64,000 nucleotides of DNA from NCBI RefSeq assembly GCF_009914755.1, contig NC_060930.1, one strand, 5' to 3'. Made by a program: the position numbers and the translations under genes. The stretch is from the human T2T-CHM13v2.0 reference genome, Homo sapiens. A model generated the notes under the pieces. It did not search any database. It saw nothing but the letters and a program-made list of their open reading frames with translations, and had not been told where the DNA came from. Shown here in pieces: positions 1 to 20,837 of this stretch. Numbering within the stretch: position 1 is the stretch's first letter; each line of letters opens with the position of its first letter.

Positions 1-1450
1 GAGTGGGGACGGTGGTGGAAATGCCTTTCTGGTGTGCATGTATTTGATGTCAGTGTCAGGACCTAAAAACTTATTTAAAAAAATAAGGTAGGAGAGAAGA
101 TGAAGTGACTTCATCGAAGCTAACAAGTTTTATTTTATAGGGTATAAATTAATCTTCAAAAAAATCTTCAGAAAATATTCTTTGTTTCCATTCTTGGTAG
201 AGTTTAGTAGTGAGTAACAGTCCTGCACTTATGGAGAAAGGAAATACTCATTAATACTTTTGTCTACTTTTGTGCTTGCTTCTCAGTAGAGATCGCATAT
301 ACCTGAGCAGGGAACAGGAGTGCTGAGTTTGCCAAACTGGCATTTTTTATCGTGGCTCATGACCGGCCCACGGCTCAGTGCTGGAATCTTTCCAAGCTAC
401 TCCATCTTTCTCCTCCCAGCTTCAAAAACTTAAATAACCTGTGAAGAGTGACAACAGGTATCTGAGGTAATATTCACAAGTAGGCTCACAAAAAAGAGTT
501 GACGAATTCAGTGCCTATTTTGCTCCCATCACTCTGCTACTTCTGCTAGTTCTGATTTATACATATTCCAGCAGCATGCATGTTCAAAGAAAAAGGTCGG
601 AGTGGACTCCAGTGCTTGCTCAGAAAGTAAACGGGCAGCCAGATTTGTACACTGCTCGTGGTGTGGAGCATGGCATCTGTATAACCTAGGCTGACTGGCA
701 CAAGAGGGAGACATGAACAGATGAATGATTAGGGAAACAGAGGAACAATCCTATCCACAGCCCCTGAATTATGAAAATCTTGCAGAAGCATTTTTTTCTC
801 CTTAGAATAACTAATATTTAAAATAAATACCAATTTCATTACCATATCACTAAATTTAGAATCAGGAGTGGTTGTGGGAATCTGATAGACAAGACTCTGG
901 CTTACAGAAAGAGAAGTTTTGCTAGATTTTTCTATCTTCTGTGTATGATCCCATTTTAATATTTTCTGGGGTTGATTGCTAAAGGAACAAATGGAATGAT
1001 TATGCACTGGCATTATTGCTTAATATAGATTAGAACATACCCTGTATTTAGAATATAATTAACATTTTGTTGTAAACATTTTAATCTGAACAAAACCCTT
1101 TTTATTTGGAGACTCTCTGTGAGAAACAATGCTCCACGTTTCCTGGCTGTGTATGCGTATAAGGCGTTATAAGGACAGCTTCTGGCGAAAGGTTCAGTCT
1201 GTGGGAGGGAGGGAGAGAGAAGCTGCACCAGTTCTGAGGTCCTCGGAGGTGAGCATCACCTCAATGCTGATCAAAGCATTCAGTTAACAGATTAACCTAA
1301 TAGCAATATATTAATACATTCTGGGTACAAATGATTTATGAACTCAAAAGAAATTAGTTTATCCTAAAACATGTAACCTTCAATTCAGTCTTTGCTTTAA
1401 AACAAGCGAATCTGTTAGGCTAGTATATGTGCTTTTTCTGTTACTCATTT
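1..1450 (-). other. ELOVL2: ELOVL2 3' UTR (partial, probably continues beyond window)
   Basis: Repeat-free AT-rich sequence after the stop. AATAAA on the minus strand at 1450-1455, 1101-1106 and 129-134. A longer UTR is recalled, not shown by the sequence. Confidence 0.8.
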
Positions 1451-1576
1451 TTATTGTGCTTTCTTGTTCATCACTCCATTTGCTGCAGTGAAGTAGGCTT
1501 TGGAAAAACCATTCTTCACTTCTTTCCCTGCAGGTGGCTCTTGCATATCTTTCTTCATTGGCTTTTTTCGGTATGT
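1451..1576 (-). CDS. ELOVL2: ELOVL2 exon 8 coding part (TYRKKPMKK...NKKAQ*)
   Basis: 126 nt including TAA; acceptor aacag at 1577-1581; KKAQ dilysine C-terminus. Confidence 0.96.
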   Translation of the reverse strand, partial: TYRKKPMKKDMQEPPAGKEVKNGFSKAYFTAANGVMNKKAQ

Positions 1577-1652
1577 CTGTTGGATGTGTATATTTTGAAG
1601 AGAAAAATAAAAAGGTTATTTAATAAGACCTTGTCTTTAACAGTGCATATAG

Positions 1653-5278
<3,626 letters not shown>

Positions 5279-5967
5279 AGATTTCATGTTTATAGTATCA
5301 TTTTTAAACTTCTGGTTAAAGATTAAAAATAAAGACCAAAACAAATGCATGTATTTCAATGACTATTAGAGGTCACGATTTGTATATTGTGGGGCTGGCA
5401 AAGTATTCTGCATTAGTTGCTCACTTGGAAAGATAAAACTTTTAAAAATAATTCAAGTGGAAAAAGTGCTGTTATTTTAAAATACCAATACCTGGGATTC
5501 TGGCTTGATCTAGTTTTTGGCATATCCTTCCTATTCTGACAAAATACCTGATCTCGCATCTCATTTTCACTTTTTTTTTTTTTAAAGCAATAGTATTAAC
5601 AAGGATCCAAACTTAAATTATATGCTTGACTTCAGAACTAAGATGCAGTTTGAACCAGCATGTAGGGCTAAGGCTTTGAATGCCATTACCTACTCTTGCT
5701 GGGCTATACGCTTCTCTTCAACACGAGGTACCAAAATCACTCCCTTAGCTTCCCTTTAACACTTAGCGTTTATTGGGAAGTTGGGGGCAGGGGTTTGCAC
5801 ACCCACACATAGCTTTGTTTGGTCTCATCATTGATTATTTCTTTGGAAATCTTCAAAGGAAACCTTTATCTCTTAAAACAGCCTAGTCCAATTTCAGAAA
5901 TACAAGACCTGAAAAGCTGTCAAAATTCAGTTTCCACTGTTCCACACTGTATAAAACCACTATGGGG

Positions 5968-6268
<301 letters not shown>

Positions 6269-7053
6269 AACCACTATGGGTTAACTTTCAGCAAGTGCAA
6301 ACTAAAAAGTAAAGCACTTCTTATTAGTCTGAAAAAAATACAGTTGAATACAATTTCAAAAGTATAGTTTTGAATATAAATGTACTTTGTTTTTTAAACT
6401 AAGCTTTCCATTTCCCCAGCCTACAAAAGAGAGCAATTTAAAATCTACATCCACCTGAGGCCTCTTCTCTGTTATAGCTTTCATCCGTTCTTGTACAACA
6501 GAGTGGCTTTGAAACTGCATTTTGAAGCTGTCTTCCATTTAAGTTGTTAACTAAAAAGAAAATGACACTGGATAAAGACGTCGGTGCGGCCTTTCCATCC
6601 TGGTTCCCAAACAAACAGTGAGGCTGCAACATCAGGGTAGCTGATAAGGAACCAATTTTTAAACATGAAATTCAATAAATTAAAAACATTGAAGAAGCCC
6701 TTGCTTTGCTCCATTCACATTTCCTGGATCTGTCTTACTATACACGTTTTTAACTTTCAGATGTCAGACTTTGGTAGCATGGTACAAATACATACTGCAA
6801 ATTGAGAACTGTATATATAATCCAATGATATTTTTGATAAAACCTTATGTGTATGCATTGAAAAATGTTTTTAAAAATGCCCACTAGATTATTAACTGTG
6901 GTTACCCTTTGAGGAGGAGGGTGTGGAGAGAGGAGTTAGGAGTGCAAATTTCACTTTGTGTATCTGCTACCTGAATTTATCAACAAGCATGTGCTACTAT
7001 AATATTTAATCAGTAAAATTAAACAAATATGTAATGTAAAAGTGCATGATCTA

Positions 7054-7350
<297 letters not shown>

Positions 7351-7386
7351 TTACATTTTACTGCTGAATATTTACATTCCACGTAC

Positions 7387-7521
7387 CTGAACGTAAAAAT
7401 TTAAGAAGAGGATGACTAACGTTAGCATATAAGATGACTGGAAGATGAGACAACCGAAGGGGAAGCCACACGGTTTCACGACGGCGCTCATGGTGTGCGT
7501 GATGGTGAGCACGAACTGCAC
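7387..7521 (-). CDS. ELOVL2: ELOVL2 exon 7 ([10 protein letters not shown]...FLNFYVQ)
   Basis: 135 nt; contained in ORF 7372..7587; acceptor ccccag, donor GTACGT. Confidence 0.97.
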
Positions 7522-8001
7522 CTGGGGACGGCAGAGAGGGCATCTCTGTGAGCGAGCCAGGCTGTGCCACACAGACACTGCGGCCAAGCTTGATCAATTC
7601 AGAAATCAACTCCTAGGACTCTTGGAATTATGTAGGAACAAAACAAAGCTGCTGAAGCAGCCCCCTCATCCAGAAATCTTATTTGAAATTAGTATGTGAA
7701 ATTGCCCATGATTTCCTCATGGAAAAGTCGCAGTTAAAATTATTTAGACAAAAAGGATTTAACTTACACATTAATTTGAAAAGTAATCATCTACATTTCA
7801 AAGCAAGGAACTTTCCATTATAAGCTAATAGCATGCACAAAGGGCATTTCAACACAAAAAGTTTAATTCTTAAAAGGCCAATTTTGGAAAAAAAATGGGC
7901 AGCCTCATCACACATAAAAAGCCCTCTGACTTCTAAGATTTCTATTTCCTTTCCCCATCCATAAGCCACATGGAGAAAAGCTAAAAGAAGGGACAACATA
8001 C

Positions 8002-8126
8002 CAGCTGAGCCTGTGTGAGATATTTCTTCCACCAAAGATACTTGTGCATAGATGGAAACACAGAAAGTCCATAGTAGGAGTACATAAGAATGTGGATAAA
8101 ACTGTTCAGTGTTGGTCCAAAGAAAC
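8002..8126 (-). CDS. ELOVL2: ELOVL2 exon 6 ([21 protein letters not shown]...TQAQL)
   Basis: 125 nt; acceptor tatag, donor GTATGT; NSFIHxxMYxYY motif. Confidence 0.97.
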
Positions 8127-10195
8127 CTATAAAAGTACAGTATAAAAATCACTATTCTTCCAGGAAGGACTGTTCATTCTTCTTTGTCAAGTGAGATTCT
8201 CGCTCTGCATGGTAATTGAAAATGAGTAGCACATATGACATGATCATATAACAAAATCCACACTAATAAATTCCCCAATTACTGTGCCAGTTCTAGGATT
8301 CACCAAAAACTCCATGATAGAAGGAGTAGCCTGGGATGGTTTTTCAGAATGCCCCCCCGCCCCGCCACACAGGGGAACACCTTATCTACGAGGTTTTACT
8401 GTCTCTTTAACCGTCACTACTATCAGCTACTGAGGGAGGAAAAGAAATACTAGCTTAAAGCTGTTGGCAGAATTCCTCTGAAATAGAATTGTCTTTGCTT
8501 TTTAGCTAAACCTTTGATAAGACATATTGACAAAGAGCCTTTTGTACATGGCTGAACAGGGTGCTAGAGAGACAAAATATATTGCTTTCATAATTAAGTA
8601 AATAAATTCTGCCTGAAAGACACTTAGGGACCGGGAGGTGCTGGAGAAAGAATAAAGGAGACAGAGAAGGCTGGAGTGGCGGAGAAACTGGCCAGCGAGA
8701 CCTTCCCAGTGATTGGCCATTGCAGAGACTTTTAGGATGAGGGATGTCTAAAATCCAGGCCCCTGCCATCAACCTCATGAAACGTCTCTGTAACTGCCTC
8801 CACCATAGGTGAATAAGGCTTCAGGAAACCATGGAGAAAGGGTCATGTACCATGCTGGGTCAGCTAAGCATTGAAAGGATTTAGCTGCAAGAGGTGAGAT
8901 GCCACAGATGCATCACTTGTTGGAAATAAGGAAACTCAGTGTTGTGAGGATTTCATCAGTACATGAAAGTGCTTAGAACAATGCTTGGCACAAAGTGAAT
9001 GCTCTTCAGCTGTCAGCCTGGGATCCAGATGGCTGTTCTGCGAGCTATCCTGTGGTGGGAGGGATTGTGGCATTAGAGGGCCATTTATTGGCTATGTCCC
9101 CTTGGAGACATTGATTTGACTGTAAATTTTTATTTTCTTACCTGGAAAATAGGTATAATAATAATAACTAGCTCTTAAGTTTGGGATGAAATTAACTGAG
9201 ATAATATATGAATTTAAAAGCACCGCACATATGCTGGCTAATAAATCAATTTAAATTCCCTAGCCTGGTTCTTTAATCCTAGATTAGTGATCTGGATAGC
9301 TAAATGCAAATTAATAAATAAGAAACAAAAGGTACAATAGCATGCATAGAGTAAATTCTCAACCAATACTGGCTGAAATAAACTGTTATGGCGCTTGAAT
9401 TTATATGAAAACACAAACAGAGTTTCAGACTACCAAGCAGCATAGTATTAGTGGTATTTCTTTACCTACATGACTTTTCATTTCCATCAATTAATGAACC
9501 ATGAGTAGTTGTTGCTTATGTTTGACTCCTGTGGAAATACAGCACCTTCCACAGTCACCATTTCACTGTGATACAGATTAAGGCATTTCAAAAAATTGAA
9601 AGTCTGCTCTGGTAGGTCAAAGTATCATTTTTCTAATATTCTTAAGCAGAAATTGTCACAGTATTTACAGGACTATGTCTGTACACAGTGATGATTTGGG
9701 TTTTAGATGCTTAGTGATTTGTAATGAAACTTGACAATCATAAAAATACTTAACCTTGGTAATTCTCCTCTAATATTGATTATAGTTGTCCTTCCTTAAT
9801 AACTAAACTCAAGAAATGGATGTCTACCCGTCTAGAAGGACAGAGATCAATTCTTTCTTTCTTCCCCCTGCACTCACAGCAATTTCCTCCCTCACTCTAG
9901 TGTTCATTTGTACCTTCACAGTCACTGATACTCCAAATATCTCTGGGCACTTTTTTCCCTAATATCATCTCTACAAGATCCTAAATCCTGGAACAAAGTC
10001 ATTTTGACTGAAGTTTTACATGTTCTGATTTTTCATATTGTATTTCTAAATTCTTGAGAACAAGACAGTATCAAATAGAGAGTACTGTTCCCTATAGCTC
10101 AGTGCATCTCAAACTGTAGGTCATAACTGACCCATTAGTGAATGGTGAAGTCAATGCAGTGAGAATTGTCATCAACTCTTTGTAAAACAGGATTA

Positions 10196-10570
<375 letters not shown>

Positions 10571-10725
10571 TCATACAAAACAGAGAAATATGAATGAGGG
10601 CCAGGCATAGTAGCTCACACCTCTAATCCTAGCACTTTAGGAAGCTGAGGGGGGAGGATTGCTTGAGCCCACGAGTTCAAGACCAGTCTGGGCAACACAG
10701 AGAGACCTTGTGTCTACACTTTTTT

Positions 10726-11692
<967 letters not shown>

Positions 11693-11869
11693 CTACCAAA
11701 AAAAAAAAAAAAAATAGCTGGGCATGGTGGTATATGCGGGTAGTCAGTTAACTAGGAAGATGGCTTGAGCCCAGGAGGTTAAGGCTGCGGTGAGCTATGA
11801 CTACACCACTGCATTCCAGCCTGGGCAGAAGAATGAGACCCTGTCTTAAAAAAATAAAAAAAGAAGAAG

Positions 11870-12221
<352 letters not shown>

Positions 12222-12697
12222 TTATTGTAATTCTGTTTTTAAAAAATGGAAAATCTGGTAGGTCCTTCAGAGATGTAACCTTAATTTTTCAGAATGTGAA
12301 AACAAGAAACCCTAAAAGCTGAAATGCCTCGCCTCGATCTGTTTCACGGGGAAGTGGTGACTGTGGAAGGTGATGTATTTCCACAGGAGTCAAAACAGCG
12401 CCCGGGATTGGAGTGAAGCAGCTCCCGCTGGGGTATGTGCCTCTGACCATGGGACATATGATGTGTGGAAAACAAAACAGTTTTAAATTTAAGGTTCGGC
12501 CCAGATTTTGCCTGTATCAAAGACCAGACACTAGAATACATGACCCCTGGCAGACACGGGCATCCTGCTGCGGCAAGGCCGGCGCTCTAGGCCTCCCTTC
12601 ATGCTCTCCTGATCTGCATGCGATGCTTAATACAAGACAGCACCAGTGGTCTCTAAGAGCCATTCCTCAAAACGGAAAAATTAACAAAATAACTTAC

Positions 12698-12869
12698 TTT
12701 GTCCACAAGGTATCCAGTTCAAGACACACCACCAGATGTTAAACATAGAAGCATGATGATATACATGAAGAAAAGTAATCTGACTCGTTTTTTTCCGCAA
12801 AACGAAGAAAATTGTGTCCAGGAACTCTACTGATTTGGAGAAATAGTACCACCAAAGCACCTTGGCTAC
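12698..12869 (-). CDS. ELOVL2: ELOVL2 exon 5 ([12 protein letters not shown]...HVYHH...PCGQ), catalytic histidine box
   Basis: 172 nt; acceptor tatag, donor GTAAGT; KxxEFLDT and HVYHH ELO motifs. Confidence 0.97.
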
Positions 12870-14115
12870 CTATAGAAATTTGTAAAGGGGAGAAAAGGGT
12901 GAGAAATGGCAGTGTTCCTGGTGCTGCCCCACTGCTCGGCCTTCTGCCTGCTGCCTGTGGTTTCCTGCTGTTTCTTTCTCACTGCTGAAAAGGCAGCTCA
13001 CCTGGTGTCCTTGTCTCCAGTTTCTCCTTATTTCAAGCAATCCACCCACCTCTAGTGAGAGATGAGTTATTTTTCCAGAACACATGTGTGATCACGTTCC
13101 TCCTCTGCATCCGCAGAACCAAGTTCATGACTCCTGGCTTGAACCCAGGATCTCCCATGGGCTTGGGTGGCTGCTGTTTCCACCAGCCTCCTGCAAGCTC
13201 CCCACCACGGTGTCCTGTGTGCTGGAACAGTGGCCTGCTTACTCCTCCTCCAGCCATGAAAACTCTTCTCTCTGCTCCCAGCACTCCTTTCCTACTTCAG
13301 GTCTGGCATATTCTTTAATATTCCTCTTAAATGCCACCTTTTCTCTGGAACTTCACCCAGCCCTTTCCTTTTTCAGGCTGAACTGCTGCTTCATTTGTAT
13401 TCAAATTACTTTAACTGTGGCTCCATAATCAATAGACATAATAGGGTGTAGCTAGTGTTACGAATCTATCAATAGATTGCAAATCACTCAAAGGCAGAAA
13501 CTGTCACTCACATTTGCTCAGGGCCTAGAACTCAACAGGAGGTCATTATTATTTGTTACATTAAATTATAACTTTCCTCTGCTCTTCTAAAGTATATATG
13601 TTTTTTGTCTCTTAGACTGTCCAAGGGCAGTCTATGGCTACATCTTTTGTGTCTTTTCCTCAGATGACTAGATTAAAAATCAAGATGTTATTCATCCTTG
13701 CTAATGGTGGGAGGTCATGATAACACATCCTTTCCCTCCTAAGGCCCTCAAGTCAGTCTCATCTATAGGGAGACATTTCTTTAGTTAAAGGCACTGTGTT
13801 TTTACCACTAACAAACATTAAACATAAGATATTTTTAAAGACATTGCATAATAGGAATCTTGAAATTAAAATATCATGCTCTACTGTCTACTTCCCAAGA
13901 AGACCATCATAAGGTACGGCCGCAACCGTCTTAATGTCTGATGAGATAATTAACCTTTAGAAATATTAAACTACAAATAAATATAAAACAACCTTTAGAG
14001 AACTGTATGGTATGCACTGGTTTGTGGTAATGCATTAGAAATAAAATGGGTGCAGAGAAATCACTATATCTTACTTTATTTGTATTGCAGTTTTGAAGAC
14101 GTTTTTAAAATGTCC

Positions 14116-14380
14116 CACTTTGGGAGGCCGAGGTGGGTGGATCACGAGGTCAGGAGTTAAAGACCATCCTGGCTAACAAGGTGAAACCTCATCTCCACTA
14201 AAAATACAAAAAAATTAGTTGGGTGTGGTGGTGGGCACCTGTAGTCCCAGCTACTCAGGAGGCTGAGGCAGGAGAATGGTGTGAACCCAGGAGGCGGAGC
14301 TTGCAGTGAACCGAGATCACGCCACTGCACTCCGGCCTGGGGGAGAGTGAGACTCTGCCTCAAAAAAGAAAAAAAAAAAA
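14116..14380 (+). mobile_element. AluY-like, slightly 5'-truncated
   Basis: gatcacgaggtcaggag and ggcggagcttgcag diagnostics. Confidence 0.88.
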
Positions 14381-14391
14381 ATCCATCTTGA

Positions 14392-14712
<321 letters not shown>

Positions 14713-15592
14713 GGTCCATCTTGATATTAAAAGATTTTAGTTAAATGGTTTTTACCATCTGTCTTAATAATATGTCATGTTTAGTTATAGAAAATTTCAA
14801 ACATTCACTAATGCAAGGAGAATAAGTCAAATGAACACTCAGCATCCAATGCCGAAATTCAGAATTTTCAATATGATTCCAATCTAGTATTTATCAATTC
14901 CACTTCCCACCATTTTGGGGGGCAGGGGAGTGGGAAGTATAGAATATTATAAGCAAATCTCAGGTATCACTTTATTTATAAATCCTTCTGATAGGGAGAC
15001 TTTTTAACATAACCATGAAGTCATTCTGTTGTCTATCAACATTAACAATTCTTTAGTATCTTCTAATGGCCCAATCCATGTTCAAATTTCTCGGTCTCAA
15101 AAATGTCGTTGTTTTCCTAGCCTCCAGAATGTCTTTTTATAATTAGTTTAAATCACGATCCAAAGAAGGTCCATCTTCCATTGGTTTGAAATGGTTTTTA
15201 AGTCTCTTCTAACCAATAACAGTTCTCTTTGCTCCTCCCATTCTTTCATGTCTTTTATTTCTTAGAAAAACTAGATCCTTTATAAAGAATTTCTAATATT
15301 ATAGGTTTGTATGATTGTTTCGTAGTATCATTTGTTTCTCTACACATGCGTTTTGTTACTGGCAATTAGATTTACAGGCTTGATTAGACTCAGGTGTAAT
15401 GTTTTTGGTACGAATACTTCAGAGGGTTCTGTCTACTTCCTACTGCCTCACATCAGGAGGTACGTAATTTCCGGCTGTTCCACTGATACTCAAACTGAAC
15501 AGTGAGTTCAGGTATTGAGTCGTCATTATGAAGTTTCTATTCAATTTTCACCGAATAGTTTTACCATCCACAGGTGATTGCTGTCAGATCCA

Positions 15593-15985
15593 TGATATAG
15601 TTTAGATGTTTGTCCCCTCCAAATCTCATGTTGAAATGTCATCCCCAATGTCGGAGGTGGGGCCTTGGTGGGAGGTGTTTGTTTGGGTCACGGTGGCAGA
15701 TCCCTCATGAATGGCTTGGTGCCCCTCCTGTGGTGAGTTACTGTAAGATCTAATTGTTTGAAAGAGTCTGGGACCTCCTTGTGCCTTGCTCCCTCTCTTG
15801 CCATGTGACATGCCTGCTCCCCCTTCACCTTCCACCATGATTATAGGCTTCTTGAGGGCCTCATCAGAAGTAGATACCAGCACCATGCTTTCTGTACAGC
15901 CTGCAGTACCATGAGCCAAAATGAAACTCTATAAATTACCCAGCCTCAGGTATTCCTTTATAGCAATGCAAAACAAACTAATACG
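15593..15985 (+). mobile_element. MaLR solo LTR (MST family)
   Basis: Starts tgatatagtttagatgtttgtcccctccaaatctcatgttgaaa, ends aactaatacg; 5-bp TSD atcca on both sides. Confidence 0.85.
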
Positions 15986-17074
15986 ATCCATTATTTCACT
16001 AGGAGTTGCAAAATGGTGATTTTTCTAATTGTTACCTAAGCATTTTTCTTTTCTCTAGAGAAGAACTTTCCCTTTTCATCGATTTGGAAATTCACATATG
16101 AAAGGCAAGATAAATGTTTAATTCTTTCCCTCTAATTTTTTTTTCCTAAAATGAATTGGTGCTCTAACAACCTTCAAAAGGTAACAATAAGAGCTTTTAC
16201 AATCAGTATCATTTTAAACTCACAGTTTTTTACATATTTAATGTTTCAGTTAATTCCAGTCAGTATTCTTTTTGATGTTCAACCTGCTCCATTTTTAGGC
16301 AGTGGGGTCCCTTCCAGGCAAATCCTCTTTTTGTGATGATCCTTGTAGTCCTGGATAGCTGCTTCGCTTTCTCATAGATATCCTGGGTTCATCTTATAAA
16401 CATTTCCTGCCCCAAACCAGGAAGAGGCCCATTATCTAAGAAACCTAATCTTTTCTGGAGAAAATTCTATTTAGAGAGCACAATCTAGGTAATCACTGCT
16501 CGTTGTACTGGGTTGTCATAGACTAGGCCTTTTCTGTAGACAGAGCTGAAAATTAAAATTTTTAAAAACAAATAAAGTTAATTCTGATATTTCCAATTTG
16601 AATCTATCATTAATGAGTTTTAGTTTAACTTTTTTATTGGTATCTCTTTTTTTCCATGTTTCAAATCGAAGTGCCTACAGATATTAACATTATTATACAC
16701 TTAATTTATCCCATAGTGTACTATCACAGTGTCAAAAAAGCAATACCGATGTTATTAACAATAAAAAAATTACTGAATACTATTAAGATATATCTCACTA
16801 GGGGCGTTCAGTCAAAAAACTGTTTTAAAGTCACTTGAAATAGTTCCTTGGGTGATTATGTCACCAACTTAATATATAGGTATATTCATTTATTTAAGTT
16901 TGTTTCCAACTTTTAGGGGGCGGCTGCCTTGCTTTCTTTTTAAATTTAATTTTGTTTTATAATTATGTAAAGCACTCAGTGGTTCCAAAATCAAATATAG
17001 CACAAGGTACATTCAGAGAATTCTGGCTTCTCCTGTATCCCCTCTGCCCTGTTCCCTCCCCTCAAAGGAAATGC

Positions 17075-17367
17075 TTTTTTTTTTTTTTTAGATGGAGTCT
17101 TGCCGTGTTGCCCAGGCTGGAGTGCAGTGACACAATCTCGGCTCACCACAACCTCCGCCTCCCGGGTTCAAGCGATTCTCCTGGCTCAGTCTCCTGAGTA
17201 GCTGGGACTACAGGTGCCCACCACCATGCCTGGCTAATTTTTGTATTTTTAGTAGAGACGGGGTTTCACTATGTTGGCCAGGCTGGTCTCGAACTCCTGA
17301 CCTCGTGATCCACCCACCTCAGCCTCCCAAAGTGCTGGGATTACAGGCGTGAGCCACCATGCCCGGC
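17075..17367 (-). mobile_element. AluS
   Basis: Full dimer, T tail at left. Confidence 0.92.
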
Positions 17368-17781
17368 AGAAACACTTTTTATTAGCTTTTAGTTTATCCT
17401 CTCGTTTCTTTTTAAAAATATAAGCAAATACACATACACATTCATATCATTTATTGCACAAAGGGTGCTATCCTATAAACACGGTCTGCAAGTTGCTTTT
17501 GTTCATGTAACTATATCCCAGAGACAATTCTGTAGCGGTATAGAGCTCTTCCTCACTCCACTTGGTAGAGGCATCTGCTACGTGGATGTGCTGTGGTTTA
17601 TTCAGTTGGTCCTCTATAGAGGGATAGTTGGAAATCATCTTTGTTACCAAGCATTTCTATTAGAACAGGAACCCCTTTCTTATCTAATTCTAGCCTCAGC
17701 CCTCTATCTGGAAGGAGAAAACCTCCTCTCCTTGTCAATGGGAACTGGTTATAGTTGGTTGATTTGCTTCTAGTGGCTCAC

Positions 17782-17859
17782 CCGGATGTCAGCTTCCCCT
17801 GCGCTGGTAAGATCTTGACACTGTAAGTTGTAGCCTCCTTCCCAAGTGGAGAGAATGAG
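17782..17859 (-). CDS. ELOVL2: ELOVL2 exon 4 ([26 protein letters not shown])
   Basis: 78 nt; acceptor ggcag, donor GTGAGC; phase 0/0. Confidence 0.96.
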
Positions 17860-20837
17860 CTGCCAAAGAACCAAGAAAGAAAGAAAAACAAACATCAGCA
17901 CAAGAATTTGGATACAGACTGAATTTCCCATTCATGTCTCTGGCATCTGTTCAAGGTTTGAGTAGGAATTTCCCAGAATTTGAGTTTGTCTCAATCCTAT
18001 CCTCAAACACCTATTATCAGGGGACTTATTTCCTGCTGTTGAACTGAAATCAATGGCTATTTCCTTAATTAACATATGTTACCTCTAACTACATTGGCCA
18101 AAATAACAGATTTTAACTATCATTTGATTCACAAAATTTTATGTAAGGAATTACCTAGTCATGTTTCTACAAGTGTAATGTAGAATTAGTTGAAAACAAC
18201 TGTGAGAAAACTACAGTAAAAGTTTAATATTTTGTATTGGTTTAAATATATTTAATCATCTCAATAATTTTTAAAAATACATATATTGCCATTTTACAGA
18301 TATTAAAAACAGGGTTCAGTAAGGTTCTTAAACCATTTTCTTCACTGTATTTATGCTACTTGGTAATCAAACAATTTGGTGGTTAATTGATTAATGTCTG
18401 TCTTCCCCATTACTCTCAAAAACCAACAAGCTCCAAAAAATTTATGCATCTGTTTTTGCTCATCTTTGTATCTACAGTTCCTTGCCTAGTACCTGCTACA
18501 TGGTAAGTGTTCAGTAAACATTTGATGAGTGTATGATTTGCTCAAGATTACATGACTAGAAAGTGGTAGAAGGATGATTAGAATTCAGACTTCCTAATTC
18601 ATTGTTTGGTGTACTTTCCACCTCATGAGAAAATGAGCTTTTTTATTCTTTGTTGAAAATGCTATGAAAGAAGTTTTCTCCCTGTAAAAAGTTAAAATTC
18701 TAGAATATAAGGCATTTGGGATTGATTTGGATCAGGTGTTACAGGCGAAAGGCCTACGATTTAATATTTTCTGCTGCCTTAGAGATGTATAAAATTCATA
18801 CACAATATCCATTAAAATACATATACACAGCTGAGAGGGTTTGGATGTTAATTAATTGTTAGAGAGAGAGAGATTACTAAATAACATTTAGAATGTTTTA
18901 GAACCTTTGTGAGACTTCTTCACTGTCCTGATATACCTCTCTTTCCTTCTAACAAAAACCCTTTCTGTTAACATCATGCTAATTAAAGATTATCAATATA
19001 AATAAGTCCAGTGAAAGAAGAAAACCTTGGGTTTTCCTGAATGGGATCTACTACAAATCAGGTCATTTCCCAGTATCTCCCAGGGGATTTATGCTCTTAG
19101 TTCTCAACTGGGAATCAGCGACTGGCTAGAGAGGACCCAGAAAGACCTTAAACTACATATAAATTTTGGTGTGTTCGTGCATTTTTTCAAACTAAGAAAG
19201 CTGTTTAACTTTGTGTACAAGGATTAATTAAAAACCTCTATGGTCAGGTTGTAGTTCTGTAGTAAGGGGCTCTAATCTCTACTCCGCAATTAATACAGTT
19301 ATAGAGTAACTCCTGACTGTGGAGAGGACAGGGCATATTCTGTTTCCCCATGTTTCCTGCTTTAGTTAGATTTATCCGGGCTGTCCCCATTCCTGTGGCA
19401 TCTGTGCAGAACTACCTGACAATTATGAATAGGCAGCCAAGCTAGAGAGGCTCTGTCTCTCCCTGGACCATTCTTAATCCCCTTACTGGTGTAGGAGTCA
19501 TCCAACCTATGTGTTGAAGAAAAGGAAGCAAGGCTGTCAAATAGGGTTAGGTGTAAGGAGGTGTGGACTAAATCACTTCAAAATATACTTAGAATCCACC
19601 AGCTTCTTCCCATCTTCACCACCTTAATCCAAGATGTTAACATCTGTTGCCTGTAGTACTGCAATGATCTCCTAACTGGACTTTTGCTAACATTCTTGCC
19701 AACTCACCCTCATGGTCCATTTTCTATGTAGGAGCTAGAGTGATCTATTTTAAGAGGGAGATAATAGCACTCCCGTCATTAAAATCCTCCAATAGCTTTC
19801 CATTACACTTAGAGTGCAAGCCAAATTCCTTCCAAGGGCCCAATGTCATCTGCCATCTCTCCACCTCATCTTGAACCACTGATCCTCTGTCCACTGTGTC
19901 ATTCAGTCTCAACTCCAATGTCACCTTTTCAGAGGCTGCCCCATCACCAGCCTCTCACTCTTTCTTACAGGGCAAAGGTTGTGTTCTAGAATCTACAGTC
20001 GAATCTGACAGTGTGGGAACTCAATACATATTTGTTGAAAGACTGTTAATAATTATTGCGGTGATTTTCTGGCTTAAGCAAACATCTGCTGACCCCTAAC
20101 AAGTTAGCAAGGTTAAATCAGTGTGTCACCTGACTAGTATCTATTAAACATACCCCCAGAGTGTCAAAGAAGACCTTTTGCCTGCTCTGAAAGAGGTCAC
20201 AATCAAAGAGAGGAGACTGGGTGGCAATCAATGGTAGTGATTTTCAACTGAACTAAGTGATTTTACACCTACACAAAGTTTAAGAGAAAGAGTGGGTAAG
20301 CAGTAGATAAAATCAGTGGTAGGCAATGGGCTCAGTGCAGATACGTTCTTCCTAGAAAGAAGACATTTACCTCGTTGTTCAACAACTAAACGGTTGTTCT
20401 TGCTCCTGTTGATGGTGACTACTGTTCAACTAGCACTTTACAATTCACAAAGCATTTTCACATTTACCAACTCCTACCCTGTACTAGTCCATAGGCTCTT
20501 CAAGTGTAGAAGCTGTGTCTTATCCATCTTATACCTTCAGGGCTTCCTATTCAGTGCCTAGGAAAAGCTCACTACATGCTGATTGAACAGAAGTCATCAA
20601 TCCTTCCAAGTCACTCAAGAGTTATATAGGAGAAATATTGTATCTCTGCCTTATAGATAAGTTGCCTAAGGTTTGGAAAGTCTAAGTTAAACTGCTGTAA
20701 AATTACACAGAAAGTGACAGAGCTAAAACAAACTTGTATCTTCTGACTCCATTACACCAAAGCTCCACCCAAACAGGTACTAGAACTGCTGGTGTGGTTG
20801 GACATGCAGGCTGGCCCTTCTGCTGCTGCTGTCACTT

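Noticed and set aside
10120-10133. ggtca-taac-tgacc as an estrogen response element
   Set aside because: The spacer is 4 nt rather than 3, and it lies in a probable transposon relic.
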